DNA of 64,000 nucleotides from Octopus sinensis (Eukaryota). The notes beneath the pieces were generated by a model. That model was not told the origin of the DNA, made no database searches, and was given only the letters and a program-made list of their open reading frames with translations. The stretch is from positions 21,638,001 to 21,702,000 of the forward strand of contig NC_043007.1 of NCBI RefSeq assembly GCF_006345805.1, written 5' to 3'. The position numbers and the translations under genes were made by a program. This document shows, piece after piece, positions 27,189 to 41,275 of the stretch (the first letter of the stretch is position 1; every line of letters begins with the position of its first letter).

Positions 27189-27228
27189 GTCTTTTACGTT
27201 TCAAGACTACGCTCTTCGACAGAAAGAT
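27189..27228 (-). ncRNA. Degenerate minimal hammerhead motif in a Penelope-like fragment (~27095-27285)
   Basis: Minus strand reads UCUUU-CUGUCGA-AGAGC(GUA)GUCUU-GAAAC-GUA-AAAGA. Stem I is intact; core A6 and stem II are mutated. Confidence 0.45.
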
Positions 27229-27448
27229 ACACAGAAAAGAAACAAAGAGAGAAAAAAATGCGTGTAGGAGCTAACGGTCTATCGATATATACCTATCCCT
27301 ACGCAAAAACTATATATATATATATATATATACCTTGCTAGAAATATATTAACTGCAATATATTTTGTTGTATGAATGGATAATGAGTAAGAAACCAGAA
27401 CCAAAGTTCCATAAAATAGTGTAGAGATCCTTCCCAAATCATATAGAC

Positions 27449-27805
27449 CAGCGTTTCTCAACCGGGATTTCCCCGGGACCCTAGGGTTATGCAAAAGGTT
27501 TCTAGGGGTTCCGTGAGAAAGAACGAGACAAGCTAACTCTAATTTCATGATCGTAATATTACTATACATGCACAACATATTATTGGTTTATTGTAATATT
27601 GTAATATAGACCTCATCCTATCTAACCTATTATGTTATCAAAAAATATAACAACTATTAGATATATATATATATGGTATTTACTACGTAAACTATGATGC
27701 AAAAATATGAGAAAGGTATGGTATATAATTTTTATGTGCAGGAGTTTCTTGAAACATGTAATTTATTTTAAGGGTTATGCAAGGGTAAAAATGTTCAGAA
27801 ACACT
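27449..27805. mobile_element. hAT-like MITE, older
   Basis: Termini cagcgtttctcaac and gttcagaaacactg with subterminal ggggttcc motifs. No clear target duplication. Confidence 0.6.
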
Positions 27806-29167
27806 GGGTCTCTATCCCAGTTTCCTATTTCTTTATTGCCCACAAAGGGCTAAACATAGAGGGGACAAACAAGGACAGACAAAGGGATTGAGTTGATTAG
27901 ATCGACCCCTAGTGCGTAACTGGTACTTAATTTATCGACCCTAAAAGGATGAAAGGCAAAGTCGACTTCGGCGGAATTTGAACTCAGAACATAACCACAG
28001 ACGAAATACTGCTAAGCATTTCGCCCGGTGCACTAACGTTTCTGCCAGCTCGCCACCTTATTCTAGTTTCCTTGGTACATATATTTTTCCCATGGATGGG
28101 ACGCTAGTCCATTGCAGGATTACTCATTTTTACCAACTCAGTGGACTGGAGTAATTTGAAATGAAGTGTTTTGTTCAAGCACACAATACATCACTGATAG
28201 GAATTGAAACCACAATATTATGATCATGAATTCACCACCCCTAACAACTAAGCCATGTGCCTCCTCCACAATTAAAACAGTAATAAAGTAATATGGTCAG
28301 ATATTATCTTTAAGAATTTGAGTTTGTGTGGTAATGCTGGTTCCAAATTTTGGCACAATGCCAGTATGTTCGGGGGGAGGGTGTAAGTCGACTTACATCG
28401 TCCCCAGTGCACAACTTGTACGTATTTTATCGACCCCCGAAAGGATAGAAGACAGAGTCAACCTTGGTGGAATTTGAACTCGGAGCATAAGGACGGATGA
28501 AAAGCCACCAAGCATTTTGCCCACCGTGCTAATCCTTCTGCCAGCTCCCTGCCTTTGTGTGGCACTGTGAATAAAGGGTTTATCCTCAGACTTTTACACT
28601 CTATCAAACAATCCTGCTTTGAATTGATGGGGGGTGGGAAAGAAAGTATAAAAAAAAAAAAAACCAAAAAAAAAAGCCTAGCTATAAAGCAGCTTCTCTT
28701 TTCTTCTTTCGACTTCCTTGATATTTCATTTCAGTTTCTGCTTATAGTCACTAGAAAACAGCTCACACACCTTTGATCAGATTTCCTCATTCTCCCTTCC
28801 CTTCCTTCCTCGCCTCACCACACCTACCATAAACTGCCTACACTTTTCACAAAACTTTTACCTATATTTTCTCTCAGAATTGCTTGTTTGCTCTTACTTC
28901 CACCAATGCCTCCCCTTCCTCCTCCTTTCTCTTTCTCTCTCTCTCTCTCTGTCGCTAACCTATAAGACATAAATAATTCTTTGTAATTTTTCCATATGTT
29001 CAGTTATTTTCAATTCCAGCTTCTACGAAATTGTGACTTTGTTTCTTTCTATAAACATTGTCTCAGATCGAAAAATGATAAGCTGTGGCAGAAGCGTTTG
29101 TGTGTGGCAAAGTTAGAGCTTTAGATGAAAAATGATAATTCCACAGTTTAAATTTATTCATTTCTTC

Positions 29168-29200
<33 letters not shown>

Positions 29201-30434
29201 GCTGGTAGAATCGTTACTGTGCCCAGACAAAATGTTTTGTAGCATTTCTTCCAGCTCTTAGCATTCCGAGCCTAAATTTCTACCAAGGTTGACTTGCTTC
29301 CTTTCAGAAGTCAATAAAATAAGTACCAGTTATACTCTTGGGTTACTATAATGATTAATCTATTTCCTCCAAAATTTCTAGCCTTGTTCTAATAGAAAAT
29401 ATTATTGTTGTTGTTGTTATTGTCTCTAAGGTGGTGAGCTGGCTGAATTGTTAGCACGTTGGGCGAAATGCTTAGCAGCTTTTCATGCTTTTACGTTCTG
29501 AGTTCAAATTCCACTGAGGTCAGCTTTATTGTTCGTTTTTCAGGGCTGATGTAATCAACTTATCTCCTCTCCACAAACTTGCTGGCCTTGTGCCAAAATT
29601 TGAAGCCATTATTAATTATTCTAGTTTGTTCTACTTGTCATGGCTATAGCTATGCACTGGAGCCTGACCATCAAGCAATTTTTACATCTTAGGAGAACAT
29701 TTTGCTGCCATTTCAAATACAACCATTCTTTTCTTTCTTTTTTTTTTCCTTTTTTTTTTTTTTTGTAAATGTGATTTCTTATATTCATTAACACAAGGCC
29801 TCAAATTAGCAACGAAGAGAGAAGTAGTAGTAGTAGTTAACTGAATGAAAACCCCCTGTTTGTCCCCCCAACATCACTTGATAACTGATGCTGGTGTGTT
29901 TACGTCCCCATAACTTAGTGGTTCGGCAAAAGAGACCGATAGAATAAGTACTAGGCTTACAATGAATAAGTCCTGAGGTCAATTTGCTTGACTAAACGGC
30001 AGTGTTCCAGCATGGCCACAGTCAAATGACTGAAACAGGTAAAAAATAAAAGTGTGTATGCGAATACATATATGCGTGTCAGTATGTATGTATAATATTT
30101 TTAATCAAAAAGAATATTCTGTTTTTCTCCTGTGTGTTTTTTTTTCCTAAATTCCATCCATTGTTCTTCTTCAACAATATATATATATATATGTAATATT
30201 TATCTATTTTATTATCGTATATTACCGTTATACCAACGAGGCACTTCTGATCGCATCAGATTAGAATGTGTTTGGTTTAAGTCTGTAGCGCCTGCTATTT
30301 TGAGAGGTTGACTCGTTGCCTAATTATGTTCCAGTTCCTTGTTGGCTTCACAATATACTTTGGTATTTCTGCGTTTCTACCTCTTCAGCTGTCAGCACAG
30401 AAAAACATTGAAAGTAATATGTGGGTGTGAGGAT

Positions 30435-30467
<33 letters not shown>

Positions 30468-30544
30468 CATATGTATATACATCTATCTGTTTATTTATGT
30501 ATGTATGTATGGTTTACATGTGTGTATAGTTTTGTGAGTGAGGT

Positions 30545-30652
30545 TAAGATTCCCAGACGTGAAGCTCTCATCTGTTAAGAGAAGGAGTGTATATCTACCT
30601 ACTGATGTCTACTTTGTTACCTGGTGCCATAATCTTCTACAGTATACAGCCT
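30545..30652. repeat. Copy 2 of an unclassified ~108-bp duplicated element
   Basis: taagattcccagacgtgaagctctcatctgttaagagaaggagtg...ggtgccataatcttctacag matches 24912-25019. Confidence 0.85.
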
Positions 30653-30674
30653 CTCTCCCTCCCTCCCTCTCTCT

Positions 30675-30709
<35 letters not shown>

Positions 30710-33419
30710 ATCCATCCATCCCTCCCTCTATCTCTTTCTAACACTGCCAAATATATATCACTATATATCACTTATTGCTTTCTGGTTAAAATGAAAAACT
30801 CCATCATCGTTATAATGATGATGTCATAGCATCGCATATCAGGATATTATTATGGCGAGCTGGCAGAATCGTTAGCATGTCGGACAATGTGCTTAGCAGC
30901 ATTGCTTCTGGTTTCACGTTCTGCATAAAAAAGGTGGCCAAGTTCAACTTTACTTTTTATTCTTTCAGCTACCCCCACATCCAAATTGCAGGCCTCCTGC
31001 TTATAGCAGAAAGAATGATGATAATAATAAAAATAATAATAAAAATAATAATAAAAATAATAATAAAATTTTCCAAATGATTTGACAGGCATTCCCTAGA
31101 ACAATACTCTGTGCAAAACCAAAAATATGGCACCCTGGTCATAATACCGATTTGAACTTGGTGTTTCTTGAGGTCTCTGGGTGAAAGCAAAAACTAAACA
31201 TATAATAATGATAATAATAATTATAAGAACTGCTCATGTACTGAGAAGAGCACTATCGCTGTGAAAATAACATCCATCCATGAATTCATTTATTTATTAA
31301 TTTTTAAATACATATTTTATCTGTGAATTTGCGCGTGTAATCTGGGATTGCATACAATGCCCTTCCCTGCCCTAGGTTTATGGAAAACACTCGTCGAGAA
31401 ACGGAAGAAAATTTGAAGAAAGAAGGAAAAAATAATAATAATAATAATAATAATTATAATAATAAAAATAATAGTAATAATAATGGTTTCAAATTTTGCC
31501 ACAAGGGCAGCAATTTGTGGGGAGGGAATGAGTTGATTATATTGACCCCCGGTGTTTCACTGGTACTTAATTTATCAACCCTAAAAGGATGAAAAGCAAA
31601 GTCGACCTTAGCAAAATTTGAACTCAGAACGTAGCAACAGATGGAATATTGATGATGATGATAATGATAATAATTATAATAATAATTATTATTATTATTA
31701 TTATTATTATACTTTCTACTAAAGGCACAAGGCCTGAAATTTGGGGGGAAGGGCAAGTCAATTATATCAACCCCAGTACACAACTGGTACTTGTTTCATT
31801 GACCCCAAAAGGATGAAAGGTACAGTCTACCACCAGGGTGGAATTTGAGGGGGACAATATAAAGACAGACATAGAGTGCAGGGAGGGGGTTACATATAAT
31901 GAAATGATAAAATAATTAAATAATAAAACAAAATAGTATATACAAAGGTTTAAAAAAAAGCAGGGTTGAGGGGGATGGTAGAGATGTAGCCCTCCTAATA
32001 CAGGATGACCTCTAGGGATAATCAGGGAACCCCATTGCTGCTGAGGTTGATTTTGCCTTTCAACCTTTCGGAAGTCAATAAGTCCCAGACATGTACTAGG
32101 TGTCAATGTAATCAATTAGCCTCTCCCCCCTCAAAAATTTCAGGCCTTCTGCCTGTAGTAGAAAGGATTACTTTATTAATCTGAATTCTAATCTCACCAA
32201 GGTCAACTTTGCCCTTTATCCTTTTGTAGTTGATAAAATGATTAGCAGTTGAATACAAGGGTCAATTTAAGTCTTCTTCTTCCATTCTCACCACCACCAT
32301 CACCATCACCATCATCATCATCATCATCATCATAAGTCCCTCTTCAGCCAAGTCCTCATGACTTTTTTTTAAATTCTGTTTTAAATGGAAGGTGAGGTTT
32401 GAAAGGGATGTGCTCCTCCACCCTACCCTTACCTCCAGTAAATTTGTTGGGAACGCGAGTGAATTTGGAGAGGGTGGCCCAAGTGAGTGGTCCTCCTCTA
32501 CGCTGGCACCCAGGCTGAGGTACACTTGCCATGATGCTCCCAATGAGTTGGGTGACTGCCTCTGGAGCTTTGAGTTTCCTTGGTTGCTCCTGGGGTGTTT
32601 TTTTTACTTCCTATTAGGTACTTTGTTAATATTTTTTACAGATTGTTGTTTTATTTTTTTACACATTTCTGTGTAAATCCCCAGTTTTTTGTCTTTGTTT
32701 TTTGTCCTATATGTTTTTGCAGCCCTTGTGGACAATAAAGAAAAAATTATTATTATTGAGTGAGAGAGCAGTACATGCCATCAAAGTGACACTGGGGTAA
32801 AATATACGAAGCCCAGTATACCCATCATGACTACTCGTCTGATAAGGGTACACTAAGCTCATGCATCACAACTATATGTGCATGACATGGTAATTTCATA
32901 TTATTCAAACCCCAAAGAATTCCTCTCAACACATGGCTATGATGCTCCCCCACTTCTTCTGCTTGTGATCAGAGATGCACATATCATCAGCCACTAAGGG
33001 TGTCACTTTGATGACCATCCCATATATTTTGGAGTCTCTAGGATTGCACTGTCTAGTATGTCTTTTTCCTTTTTTTTCTCTCTTTAATGGCTGGCTGCAA
33101 CTTGAATGAGATTTAACTGCTATTTCTAGCATGTTGAACAACTGCATAAAAGCTCTCTGCTATGTGGTTTTATGGTATTGGTGAAGGTGATATAATCACC
33201 TGAGTAGAGGCTTTACGTGAACTAGTTTCATTTCATTAATTAACAAGTTCAAATTCCACTGGGATGAACTTTGCTTTTAATTCTTATGAAGCCAGCGAAA
33301 TAAGGACTAGTAATAATCTAAGACCAATTTAATCAATTTTATCTGCTTTATCTTCTTAAGGCAGTGCAAGTGATAGACTTATCAACCAGTATTGGAAAGA
33401 ATGAATATCACACAGTGTA

Positions 33420-33760
33420 AAGCAGCAAGCTAGCAGAAATGTTAGCACGCCGGGCGAAATGCTTAGCAGTATTTCGTCTGCCGCTGCGTTCTGAGTTCAA
33501 ATTTCGCCAAGGTCAGCTTTGCCTTTCATCCTTTCGGGGTCAATAAATTAAGTACCTGTTACGCACTGGGGTTGATATAATCGACTTAATCCGTTTGTCT
33601 GTCCTTGTTTGACCCCTCTGTGTTTAGCCCCTTGTGGGTAGTAAGGAAATAGGTATTTCATCTGTCTTTACGTTCTGAGTTCAAATTCTGCCAAGGTTGA
33701 CTTTGCCTTTCATCCTTTCAAGATCAATAGAATAAGTACCAGTTGAACACTGGGGTTGTT
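33420..33760 (+). mobile_element. SINE family B, dimeric form
   Basis: Junction gaaataggtatttcatctg at ~33647-33664. Confidence 0.75.
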
Positions 33761-33879
33761 GTAATCTACTATACCCCCCCTCTAAGAAAATCACTGTAGA
33801 GAAATAAGAACTTAACCTGGAAAGATTCTCTGATCTCCGAGCTGAGCTGTGCACCCTGTTGAGTAACATTAGTCCAGAG

Positions 33880-34180
33880 ATCCTTCAGAGGAACCCCATT
33901 CTGGCTGCTTGTACTCATGATCGTATTCTTTCAATCATTACCCAACATTATTGACCATAGGTGAAGATAGAATTGAAAACTAGATGGAACATTGCAAGTT
34001 TGGCTTTTCATACCAACTTCTTCTCTTCTGAGCATCGAATGCTGGAGATGGTGCATTACTGTGCCAAACACATACAATTCCAGCATCGAATTCAACTTCC
34101 TGCTTCCCATCACTCATGAATGTGACCCCAAAATATTCTAAAGTTCTCTGCTTGCTTCGGTGATGATCCACTAACATACA
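33880..34180 (-). mobile_element. Decayed RTE reverse transcriptase fragment
   Basis: LEYFGVTFMSDGKQEVEFDAGI resembles the RTE FKYLGV...DG...EIDARI motif. Confidence 0.55.
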
Positions 34181-36768
34181 GATTTCACTGAAAAGACTGT
34201 TGAAATTGCTAAGAAAATAATTGCCATGGCTACCACATTAGCTCTATAATATTATAAATTATAAATATTGGTTTCTATTGTTTAATCACAAAGTTCTTAT
34301 ATTACAAAATAGGTGAGTAATGAAAAGCTGCAGTAGTCGTACCTTTACCCTGGGGCATTAGCAACAATTTTGTAATGCAATCAGACGTCAGAACTAACTT
34401 TCTGGTTTCTGCCGCTTACCAACATTGACTACAAAACTTTGGTTATTGAATTAAGCTCAAAGCAAATTTCGTTCGAGTAAGAAGTATAAAGTAATCAATT
34501 GAATTAACTTCCACAATATTTACTGTTTGTTCAAGAAGTTGTTATTCCATGCAAACCACGGGAGATACAAAGTGAATCCTGCTGGGATTTGGAATCAGAG
34601 CATTGGATTGAGGGCCGAACCGAAGTACTGGAAGCAAACATAAACATGCACATATGCACACATACACGCACACACACACACACTTGCACACGTCTCCGAG
34701 CCAGCATGGAAGGTGAATGCTAAATGATGTTCTAATACTAATAATGATAATGGACTCTCCCGTCAAAGACGATATATGAGCATTTGAATAATCCTTTTTA
34801 TGAAAGGCACAAGGCCTGAAATTATGAGAGAGGGGACTAGTCAATTACATCGACCCCACCACCATCCTCAGTATTTCACTAGTACTTAATTTATCGACCC
34901 CGAAAGGACGAAAGGCAAAGTCGACCTCGGCAGAATTTGAACTCAGAACATAAAGACAAGACAAAAGGCCACTAAGCATTTTGTCTGGTATGCTAACGAT
35001 TTTGCCACCTTAATAATGATGATGATGATGATGGTCCTTTTTGTTATAGGCACAAGGCCTGAAATTTGTGGGGAATGGGTATTGGTCAAGTATATCGACT
35101 CTTATTTTATCAATCCTGAAAGGATGAAAGGCAAAATCCACCTCGGTAGAATTTGAACTTAGCTGGACGAAATGGTGTTAAGCATTTTGTCTGGCATGGT
35201 AATAGTTCTGCCAGCTCACTGCCTTCTAGTGGATAATTGAATAATAATAATGATGATGATGATAACAATAATGATGATGATGATAATGATAACAATAATG
35301 ATGACGATGATGATAATAATAATAATGATAATAATGATGATGATGATTTCTTTCTTTCCTTCTTTTTGTTATAACCACAAAGCCTGAAACATTTGGAGAG
35401 GGGACTAGTTGATTACATCAGCCCTACTACTCAACTGGTATTTATTTCATTGACATGTTGGAGTCTCCTGTTGATTTCTTCTTTTAGTTATGAGACTTTA
35501 ACCCTCTTAGCATTCAGATTACTTTGTCAAATGTGATTCTTATTTATTCACCTTGTTTTGAATTAGTCGTGCATTATCTCATAGCTTTGAGACTTCAGTG
35601 ATGTGGTTGTTTGTTTTTAGAACGATATGACAGGCTAAGTGTGAGAGACCAGATCTGGCCTCTTTAACCCTTTCAATACCAACCCAGCTGAAACCACCTC
35701 TGGCTTTGTAGTACGAATGTCTTGTTTTCATAAGTTTTGAATCAAAATCTTCCACCAAACCTTAGTCACAATTTACGTTCCTAACACTAGCTTAATGATA
35801 ACTAAGATATTTTACTAAATTCTTTGTTATCATCATCATCATTGTTTAACATCTGCTTTCCATGCTAGCATGGGTTGGACGATTTGACTGAGGACTGGCA
35901 AACCAGATGACTGCACCAGGCTCCAATCTTGATCTGGCAGAGTTTCATGTTTTTTCACATGCCACCGGCACAAATGCCAGTAAGGCAATGCTGGTAATGA
36001 TCACACTCAAATGGTACTTTTTACATGCCAAAGAAACACAGAACATCTTAAAATAAATACAGTGATGAAAAGGTTAAATGCCAAAGAGTCACTTCTGCTG
36101 ATGACTTAAAGACAAGTCTACAGACGAGATATAAGAAAGGATTTTTATACAAAGTGACCAGCATGCTAGTTCAAGACTTTGTCTTTGCTCTTAGTTCTTG
36201 AAGATGATCCAAAACAGCTTAGTTCATAAATTCTTTACAGCTTTATATATAGCAACTTAGCCTCCATTTGTTGTGATTCAATATCTATATATAGTCTTAT
36301 GTTCCGTTATTTTTGCCAACTCACTGCCACGTTGATTGTAAATATTACAAAGCTTTCTTCCTTATTTAATATTATTTTGGAGGCATTCCTTTAGAAAACA
36401 TGTGTTTGGCAATCAGTAGTAATAATGTAGAACTTCCTGTACTTCTTAGCTGCATCATTAAATTTATTCTTGTTTCCCATTATTTTTCTCTTCCTGTCCA
36501 CCATTGCTGCTTCTTAGAGTCTGCTTTTTTTTTTTTTGCTTTTTTGCTTTTTTGTCAGATTCTTGTCACCCTCTTCGAGATGCAGTTTCCTTTCACACTG
36601 TTTTAATTTCTTGTTCCAAATTCACTTGTTAAAAAAGATTTAAACTCAGCCCAACTTTTCTTAGTGAAAAACAACCACTTTTAGTTATTGCAGGTATGGC
36701 TGTGTGGTTAAGAGGCATGCTTTGCAACCATGTGGTTTTGAGTTCACTCCCACTATGTCGTGTCTTAA

Positions 36769-36987
36769 CCCTTTAGTATTTAAACCGGCCATATCCGGCC
36801 AAAATATTTAATCTGTTTTATGTTCAAACTGACCAGATCCAGGCTCTCACACCTACCCTACAATGTTATTCTACATTAAGTAATTACACCATCAAGATCT
36901 TGAAGATATGAGATAATGCATGATTAATTCAAATCAATGGGAATCAATAGGCATTGTGTTTGATTGAATAATCTGAACACTAAAGGG
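36769..36987 (+). mobile_element. piggyBac-type MITE, family 2, inserted into a SINE
   Basis: ttaa-ccctttagt...actaaaggg-ttaa. Partial relatives containing ctcacacctaccctacaatgtcatt lie at ~410-540, ~2840-3045, ~5520-5660, ~19410-19580 and ~20520-20640. Confidence 0.85.
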
Positions 36988-37304
36988 TTAAGCAAGTGTT
37001 TTTATACTGTAGGCCCAGGCCAACCAATCCTTTGTGAGTGAATTTGGCAGGTAGAGATTTTGCAGAAGCCCATTGTACATATATTGGTTTCAAATTCTGT
37101 CCACAGTCCAGTAACTGAAGCAAGTAAAAGATAGAAAAGTAGGCTTATTAGAACCAGTGATGAAAATTACAGGGTCTTTGGATAATGTCGGGTGGATTGA
37201 GTACAAATAGTCAACTAGACCAGCTTATGGATGATTCTTCATAAATTGTATTATTTTAAATTTAAATTTGTATTATTTGTCATTAATTATAATTATATTA
37301 CTCT

Positions 37305-37850
37305 TTATTCTTTTACTTGTTTCAGTCATTTGACTGTGGCCATGCTAGGGCACCGCCTTTTGTCGAGCAAATCAACCCCAGGACTTATTCTTTGTAAGCC
37401 TAGTACTTATTCTATTGGTCTCTTTTGCCGAACTGCTAAGTTACGGGGACGAAAACACACCAGCATCGGTTGTCAAGCGATGTTGGGGGGGCAAACGCAG
37501 ACACACAAACATATACACGCACATACATATACATATACATATATATATATATATATATAATACATATATATACGATGGCTATAGCCCCGAGGTGACCGGA
37601 GCTTTGTGATTGAATTCGGTAGGTGGAAGTTACTGCCGTGTGTGTACATGTGCGTGTAGGTGCTTGTGCCTCAACCAAAGAGAGAGAGGGGGCTTCTTTC
37701 AGTTTCCGTCTACCAAATCCACTCACAAGGTTTTGGTTGGTCCGAGGCTATAGTGGAAGACACTTGCCCAAGGTGCCACGCAGTGGGACTGAACCCGGAA
37801 CCATGTGGTTCATAAGCAAGCTACTTACCACACAGCCACTCCTACGCCTA
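37305..37850 (-). mobile_element. SINE family A with an internal ~110-bp insertion
   Basis: Family A match interrupted at ~37579-37690 by an oppositely oriented, diverged SINE-like piece. Confidence 0.75.
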
Positions 37851-39424
37851 TTGTCTTTATTTGTATTGAAACTGCAACTTGTAAAAAACAAATATAAAAA
37901 GGATGATCACAAAATGCTTTCATTCTTGCTATGAAAAAAAAAAATTCCAGGTTTAGGCTTTGGCAGGGAGGGCTCAGTCATAACAGAGGAACAAAATATG
38001 TTATTGGTGGATGAAGGAACATTGGTTCCTATGTGGAAAGAAAGAGAAGAGAACTGAATGTATGCCCTCCCAAGGTCATGGAGGAAGGCAGTTAGTAAAT
38101 TTAACAGATGGAGAGAGAGAGAGTATGTATGTGTGTGTGTGTGTTCTAGCAATAGAATTTAAGAGTTGATGTGTGAGTGTGATGGAAGTAGATGGGAATA
38201 TAAATGTGAAAGGATGGAAAAATAAATGAATGAATAGTTCTTAAGTAGATAATAATTATTATCATTCATTATCCAGTAATTAATTAATATTGAACCACAA
38301 ATCAGGAAGTACCTTTGTATATTTATTTTAAGTTAATGAATGAATTATTGTGATAGAATTAAATCAGAGTTAATTATCAAAAGTTAACGAACACGTGAAC
38401 AATTACACCATTAAATATTTAAATTGGGAAATTTTTGTTAATAATTATTAATGCATAAATTAATGAAATATAGGGTATTTAGGGTGGATAAAATCATAGA
38501 AACAATTAAGTGAATCAGGAATAATGCTTAATTAGTTGATTATTAATAATTAGACTGGCACATGTATGGGTGCGTGGATAAAGAAGTTTACTTCACAACC
38601 ACCTAGTTTTGGGTCCAATTCCACCGTGCAGTACATTGGGTAATTGTTGTCTACTAAATCCCTGAGACAACTAAGGCCTTGTGAGTGAATTTGGTTTCCA
38701 AATTTTCTACCATACTGGTTGGCCTGGGACTATAGCAGAGCTGGCAGAATCGTTAGCATGCCGGGCGAAATGCGTAGCCGTATTTCGTCTGGCATTTCTA
38801 GGTGCAACCCTATGGTCAGACATATTTTAATAGCTATTTTTTAACATTGACACTGTTGGTTACAAGCTTCCAAAGAGCTGATTGCCGGTTCGCTACCTTT
38901 TTACTGGGGAGAATAACAAGGGAGTAGCCATAACTTAATGAACTTCTGTTAAATGAACATATTTTTTTTTTCTTTTTCACTGGTGATTTTTCATTATTTA
39001 CCAACATACAGTAAAATATATAAACATGCAAGGCGGCGAGCTGGCAGAATCATTAGCATGCTGGGCAAAATGCTTAGCGGTATTTCATCTGTCTTTATGT
39101 TCTGAGTTCAAATTCTGCCGAGGTCGACTTTACCTTTCATCCTTTCGGGGTTGATAAAGTACCAGTTACGCACTGGGGTCGATGTAATTGACTTAATCTG
39201 TTTGTCTGTCCTTGTTTTTCCCCTCTGTATTTAGCCCCTTGTGGATAGTAAAAAAAAATACCTATAGCAGAGGACAGTTGTCCAAGGTGCCACACAGTGG
39301 GATTGAACTCAAGAACATACGAATGAGAAGCAAGCTTCTCAACCACACAGACATACCTTTAACTTCATATTATATTTTTGTCTTCAGAACTATTGTTTCT
39401 CAAGTTGCCTTGTATAATGTTTTG

Positions 39425-40035
39425 GCCCTAGCTGTTGAGGGATCCTGTGGAAGAGGTAGACCCAGGAAAACCTGGGACGAGGTGGTGAAGCATGCCCTTC
39501 GAACATTAGGTCTCACCGAGGCAATGACTAGTGACCGAGACCTTTGGAAATATGCTGTGCATGAGAAAACCCGGCAGGACAAGTGAGACCATAACCCGTG
39601 GCCTTTACCTGGGATGTAGCCAGTCCACTTATGCATACCTTTCCTTCTTGGGACACAACACTCTGCTTGTGAAGACCTGTTCAGGCAAGTGAAATCGAAA
39701 TCGAAATTGATCAAAAAATCAATGGAAATTGTAGTTGTGATACCAGTGCTGGTTGCACGTAAAAGAATCATCCGAACGTTGCCAGCGACGCCTTGACTGG
39801 CTTCCGTGCCGGTGGCACGTAGAAAGCACCAACCGATTGTGGGCCGTTGCCAGCCTTGCTTGGCACGTAAAAAGCACCCACTACACTAACGGAGTGGCTG
39901 GCATTAGGAAGGGCATCAAGCTGTAGAAACACTACCAGATCAGACTGGAGCCTGGTGCAGCCTCCTGGCTTCCCAGACCCCGGTCGTACCGTCCAACCCA
40001 TGCTAGCATGGAAAACAGATGTTAAATGATGATGC
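39425..40035 (+). mobile_element. RTE-clade LINE 3' end (ORF C-terminus, 3' UTR and (gat)n tail)
   Basis: VEGSCGRGRPRKTWDEVV...DRDLWK matches the RTE C-terminal motif. It continues into the abundant repeat containing aggaagggcatc and ending gttaaatgatgatg. Confidence 0.8.
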
Positions 40036-40314
40036 CTCGTACTCAGATACACTGATATTTCCTAACAGCTGCTTATGAAGTAGACAACATTTTAAATGTT
40101 TATTCCATACCATCTGTGTTTTAGATGCTTTCCTTGTATCCTTATCTTGTTTACACATCACGTATTTTGCTGTTGTTTACCATTCCTGGATGGCAAAAGC
40201 ACACTCATCGAAATGCGAATTTATATATTGGCTGCTGGTCCAATACATATTACTTCTTGATATCTTTGTTGCTGTGATTGAAGTTTCTGATAACAGAGCC
40301 ATTTATGACCTTAC

Positions 40315-40793
40315 TCCTTTATTCTTTTAACTGTTTCAGTCATTTGACTGTGGCCATGCTGGAGCACCGCTTTTTAGTCGAGCAAATCGACCCCAGGACT
40401 TATTCTTTGTAAGCCTAGTACTTATTCTATCGGTCTCTTATGCCGAACCGCTAAGTTACGGGGACGAAAACACACCAGCATCAGTTGTCAAGCGATGTTG
40501 AGAGGACAAACATATACACACACATACATATATACAACAGGCTTCTTTCAGTTTCCATCTACCAAATCCATTCACAAGGCTTTGGTCGGCCCAAGGCTAT
40601 AGTTATTTCTTTACTGCCCACAAGGGGCTAAACACAGAGGGGCAAACAAGGACAGACAAATGGATTAAGTCGATTACATCGACCCCAGTGCATAACTGGT
40701 ACTTAATTTATCAAGGTACTACGCAGTGGGACTGAACCAAGAACCATGTGGTTGATAAGCAAGCTACTTACCACACAGCCACTCCTACGCCTA
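40315..40793 (-). mobile_element. SINE family A interrupted by a family B 3' fragment (40604-40712)
   Basis: ggctatagt|tatttctttactgccc...ttaatttatc|aaggtactacgcagtggg. Confidence 0.8.
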
Positions 40794-41275
40794 CGACCTG
40801 TTGATAAGCATTGAGCTTTTCATCTGCTGTGATAGAATTGCACATCCTCCTTGGATCCGTATCCTTCGTTATCAATCAGCAAATCACATGATCACATGAC
40901 TGACCAGACTATCAGATGCTGTTACATATCACTGGTCACAATGCGCTTTGCATTGTTTTAGCCACCAAATGATGCCACCCTGCTGGCTAGGGGAGCAGGC
41001 CAACAACACTCCCCCTTGATCAAAAGGGGACTGGATTGTGAGTGAAACAGCCTAACCATCAGCCATGTGCCCTTCACCAATCAGCAAACACTTCCTGAAA
41101 AGCTCCTTTCCTGTTATCTATCTCACTCACATATACTTTATCTATGTCTGTACTTTGGGTTCGTACAAATAGTGTTGAAGGGATTTGATGTGATGTTCAG
41201 TGATTGTTTGAACCAAAATTAAACTTCTCTCTCTCTTTGTTTTCATTTTAGATAACAATAGCCTTATGATATTAA

